From contig CDROCS010001361.1 of NCBI GenBank assembly GCA_977020255.1, positions 186,001-250,000 on the forward strand: a stretch of 64,000 nt of DNA. The letters run 5' to 3'. The position numbers and the translations under genes were made by a program. Within the stretch, counting starts at the first letter, position 1. Every line of letters begins with the position of its first letter. Of this stretch, positions 61,798 to 64,000 are shown in pieces. A model generated the notes under the pieces. That model worked only from the letters and a program-made list of their open reading frames with translations. It had not been told where the DNA came from and searched no databases. This stretch comes from Obrimoposthia wandeli. Taxonomy: Eukaryota.

Positions 61798-62280
61798 AAC
61801 ATAAATTATAAGGAAAGGTTTTAAGCTCAATCAAGGATATACCTTTTCGCAAATCGAAACCTCAACAATATCGTCCCAAGTGTCTAGATTATACTATAAT
61901 ACTCTTTAAATCTGGTAAATTATTTTATTATAAAATATTAATATTTTTAAGGCTCCTGCCGAGTAATGGGGTGTAAAAAGGTGTTAGATGAAAGAAATTT
62001 ACCATTTTATATATAAATCGAAAGAATTCAATCGATTACTGTTAGTGTTGACTTGGAACATTGAACAAATCTTAACAAGATGAGTGAAAATATGGGAATT
62101 GATGCTGTTTATGAACCCGAAATATTTCCCGGACTTCGTTGTATTAAGTATAATCCACTTTGTGTAAACATTTTTGCAAGTGGGAAAGTTATGATTTTAG
62201 GTTTAAAGACTTTAGATTATGTATTTCTAGTTGAAATTATTTTGTATAATATATCTCTGTTCACTTGTGTTTTTTTTTGA
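61798..62280 (+). pseudogene. Highly divergent TBP-like (TATA-binding protein fold) pseudogene with an apparent 37-nt intron
   Basis: Reconstruction: NINYK/GKVLSSIKDIPF...YTIILFKSG|intron 61915-61951 gt..ag|SCRVMGCKK...*IERIQSITVSVDLEH*TNLNKMSE...AVYEPEIFPGLRCIKYNPLCVNIFASGKVMILG. Both TBP repeat signatures (LFxSG..xxG and YEPExFPGL...IFxSGKxxIxG) are present, with two stops and one frameshift. Confidence 0.75.
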
Positions 62281-62580
62281 TTTATAAACAAAGCTTATTT
62301 TGATCTAAAATAATTGTTATTGTTAGGATTAGGTTTTGATTAAAATTGAATAATTAATTGATTAAATAGTAAAATGAAAATCCTTGGAAGCAAGGTTGGA
62401 ATTAAATAAATTAATATCAGAATTAAAATTGTTAGTTTAAATAGTAAATAAATATTAAGAGGACCACGAAGGTCGTGTGTAATGCGTAAATATATAAGAT
62501 ATTAGTTTAAAAAACAAGGGGCCCAAAAACAGAATTGCCAAGAAGGAAAAGACTTACAAGAAAAGTACAATTAGAAGAAA

Positions 62581-62623
62581 ATTCAGCCACGTCACAACAT
62601 TAGCAATTCAGCCACGTCACAAC
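62581..62623 (+). repeat. Direct repeat, 2 x ATTCAGCCACGTCACAAC (25-bp spacing)
   Basis: Exact 18-mer twice; it contains CACGTCA (CRE/ATF-like core). Confidence 0.7.
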
Positions 62624-62919
62624 AGCTGTTCTGAGGTAATTAATTACTTACTTGACTCAGTTGAGGAAATCCTTGCAGAGACAATTCCCGAGAAAAAGTG
62701 AGTCAACAATCCACGAGAAGGAATCGATTGCAGCTGTCCAGAAGAATAACTGCACACACACACCTGCATAGAAATAGACTATATAAGTCTACACATAAAC
62801 CAATACTCACCCCAAAAAGAGAAGAATCCATATTGCACCAGGAGAAGAAATAGACGAGACGAATCAAAGGTAAGAGGAGAAAAAACATCGTCACCAAGTT
62901 AACACAATACGCGCAGGTC

Positions 62920-63091
62920 TTGCAGCTCAATCTCACAAGTTTGCCTCGCTGCTCCGTTCAAGTTGCAGCTCAATCTCACAAGTTTGCCTCGCTGCTCCGT
63001 TCAAGTTGCAGCTCAATCTCACAAGTTTGCCCCGCTGCTCCGTTCAAGTTGCAGCTCAATCTCACAAGTTTGCCCCACTGCTCAGTTCTAA
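62920..63091 (+). repeat. Minisatellite, 4 x 43 bp
   Basis: Unit TTGCAGCTCAATCTCACAAGTTTGCCTCGCTGCTCCGTTCAAG, degrading towards the 3' end. Confidence 0.9.
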
Positions 63092-63244
63092 GTTGCAGTG
63101 CTCAGTACCACAGGCAATTCCACTGCTCAGTCACAGCTTGCCGTCCAGCAGTTTCTCATCTCACCCATTTCCGTGTCGAGAGAACTATACCAGGAGACGA
63201 GGACTTATTGATAACAGGAGTAACTAAAGGTATAAATACCCGCA

Positions 63245-63775
63245 GAATTGGTAACATTTGATAACGAATATTTGAATCATAAATTAGAAATTGAATTGGT
63301 AACATTTGATAACGAATATTTGAATCATAAATTAGAAATTGAATTGGTAACATTTTGATAACGAATATTTGAATCATAAATTAGAAATTGAATTGGTAAC
63401 ATTTGATAACGAATATTTGAATCATAAATTAGAAATTGAATTGGTAACATTTTGATAACGAATATTTGAATCATAAATTAAAAATTGAATTGGTAACATT
63501 TGATAACGAATATTTGAATCATAAATTAGAAATTGAATTGGTAACATTTTGATAACGAATATTTGAATCATAAATTAGAAATTGAATTGGTAACATTTGA
63601 TAACGAATATTTGAATCATAAATTAGAAATTGAATTGGTAACATTTGATAACGAATATTTGAATCATAAATTAGAAATTGAATTGGTAACATTTTGATAA
63701 CATATATTTTTGAATCGTAAATTAGAAATTGAATTGGTAACATTTTGATAACATATATTTTGAAATCGTAAATTT
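63245..63775 (+). repeat. Minisatellite, 11 x 48/49 bp
   Basis: Unit GAATTGGTAACATTT(T)GATAACGAATATTTGAATCATAAATTAGAAATT; periods 48,48,49,48,49,48,49,48,48,51; the last two copies are diverged. Confidence 0.95.
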
Positions 63776-64000
63776 TAAAGAGGAAGAAATTTTATAAAAA
63801 AATATTTTCTATCAATCTCAACTAACCATAATTTTGAGCAACCAGCTCTGAATTCGTTCCCTATTTTGGAGCAACCAGCTCTTCAAAATCTGTGCCCTGA
63901 GTTTATTCACAAGTTAGAGTAAAGACTCAAATAAGCTAACCGACCTTAACGTAAAATCGATACGTGGTTCATCCCCACTTGTGTAGAGACTTACAGAAGT

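Noticed and set aside
63245-63775. CRISPR-like appearance of the 48-bp array
   Set aside because: The units are contiguous with no unique spacers, the context is eukaryotic, and there are no cas genes.

Overview
AT-rich eukaryotic (animal, plausibly flatworm) genomic DNA. It is dominated by one + strand multi-exon gene (824-59635) whose N-terminus lies upstream of the window. I reconstructed 13 exons with 12 phase-compatible introns, one of them GC-AG. One exon is about 46 kb (3411-49482). It encodes 44 copies of a 186-aa Lys/Thr-rich unit, two divergent relic units, 19 copies of a 340-aa two-unit repeat and one Lys-poor terminal unit. All units are homologous, are bracketed by Cys...GC and look like cryptic discoidin (F5/8 type C)-like domains. 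The small 3' exons encode VWC-like, TSP1, TSP1, TIL, a Pro/Gly/Thr-rich stretch, VWC-like, TSP1 and VWC-like modules. The product would exceed 16,000 aa and resembles the flatworm adhesive protein ap2 architecture. The single-base frameshifts in the arrays are probably assembly errors. Introns carry decayed transposons (Chapaev-like, L2 LINE, maT/DD37D). Downstream lie a degenerate virus-like cluster (two orphan ORFs, one followed by a histone-type stem-loop, plus a divergent TBP-like pseudogene) and two minisatellites.
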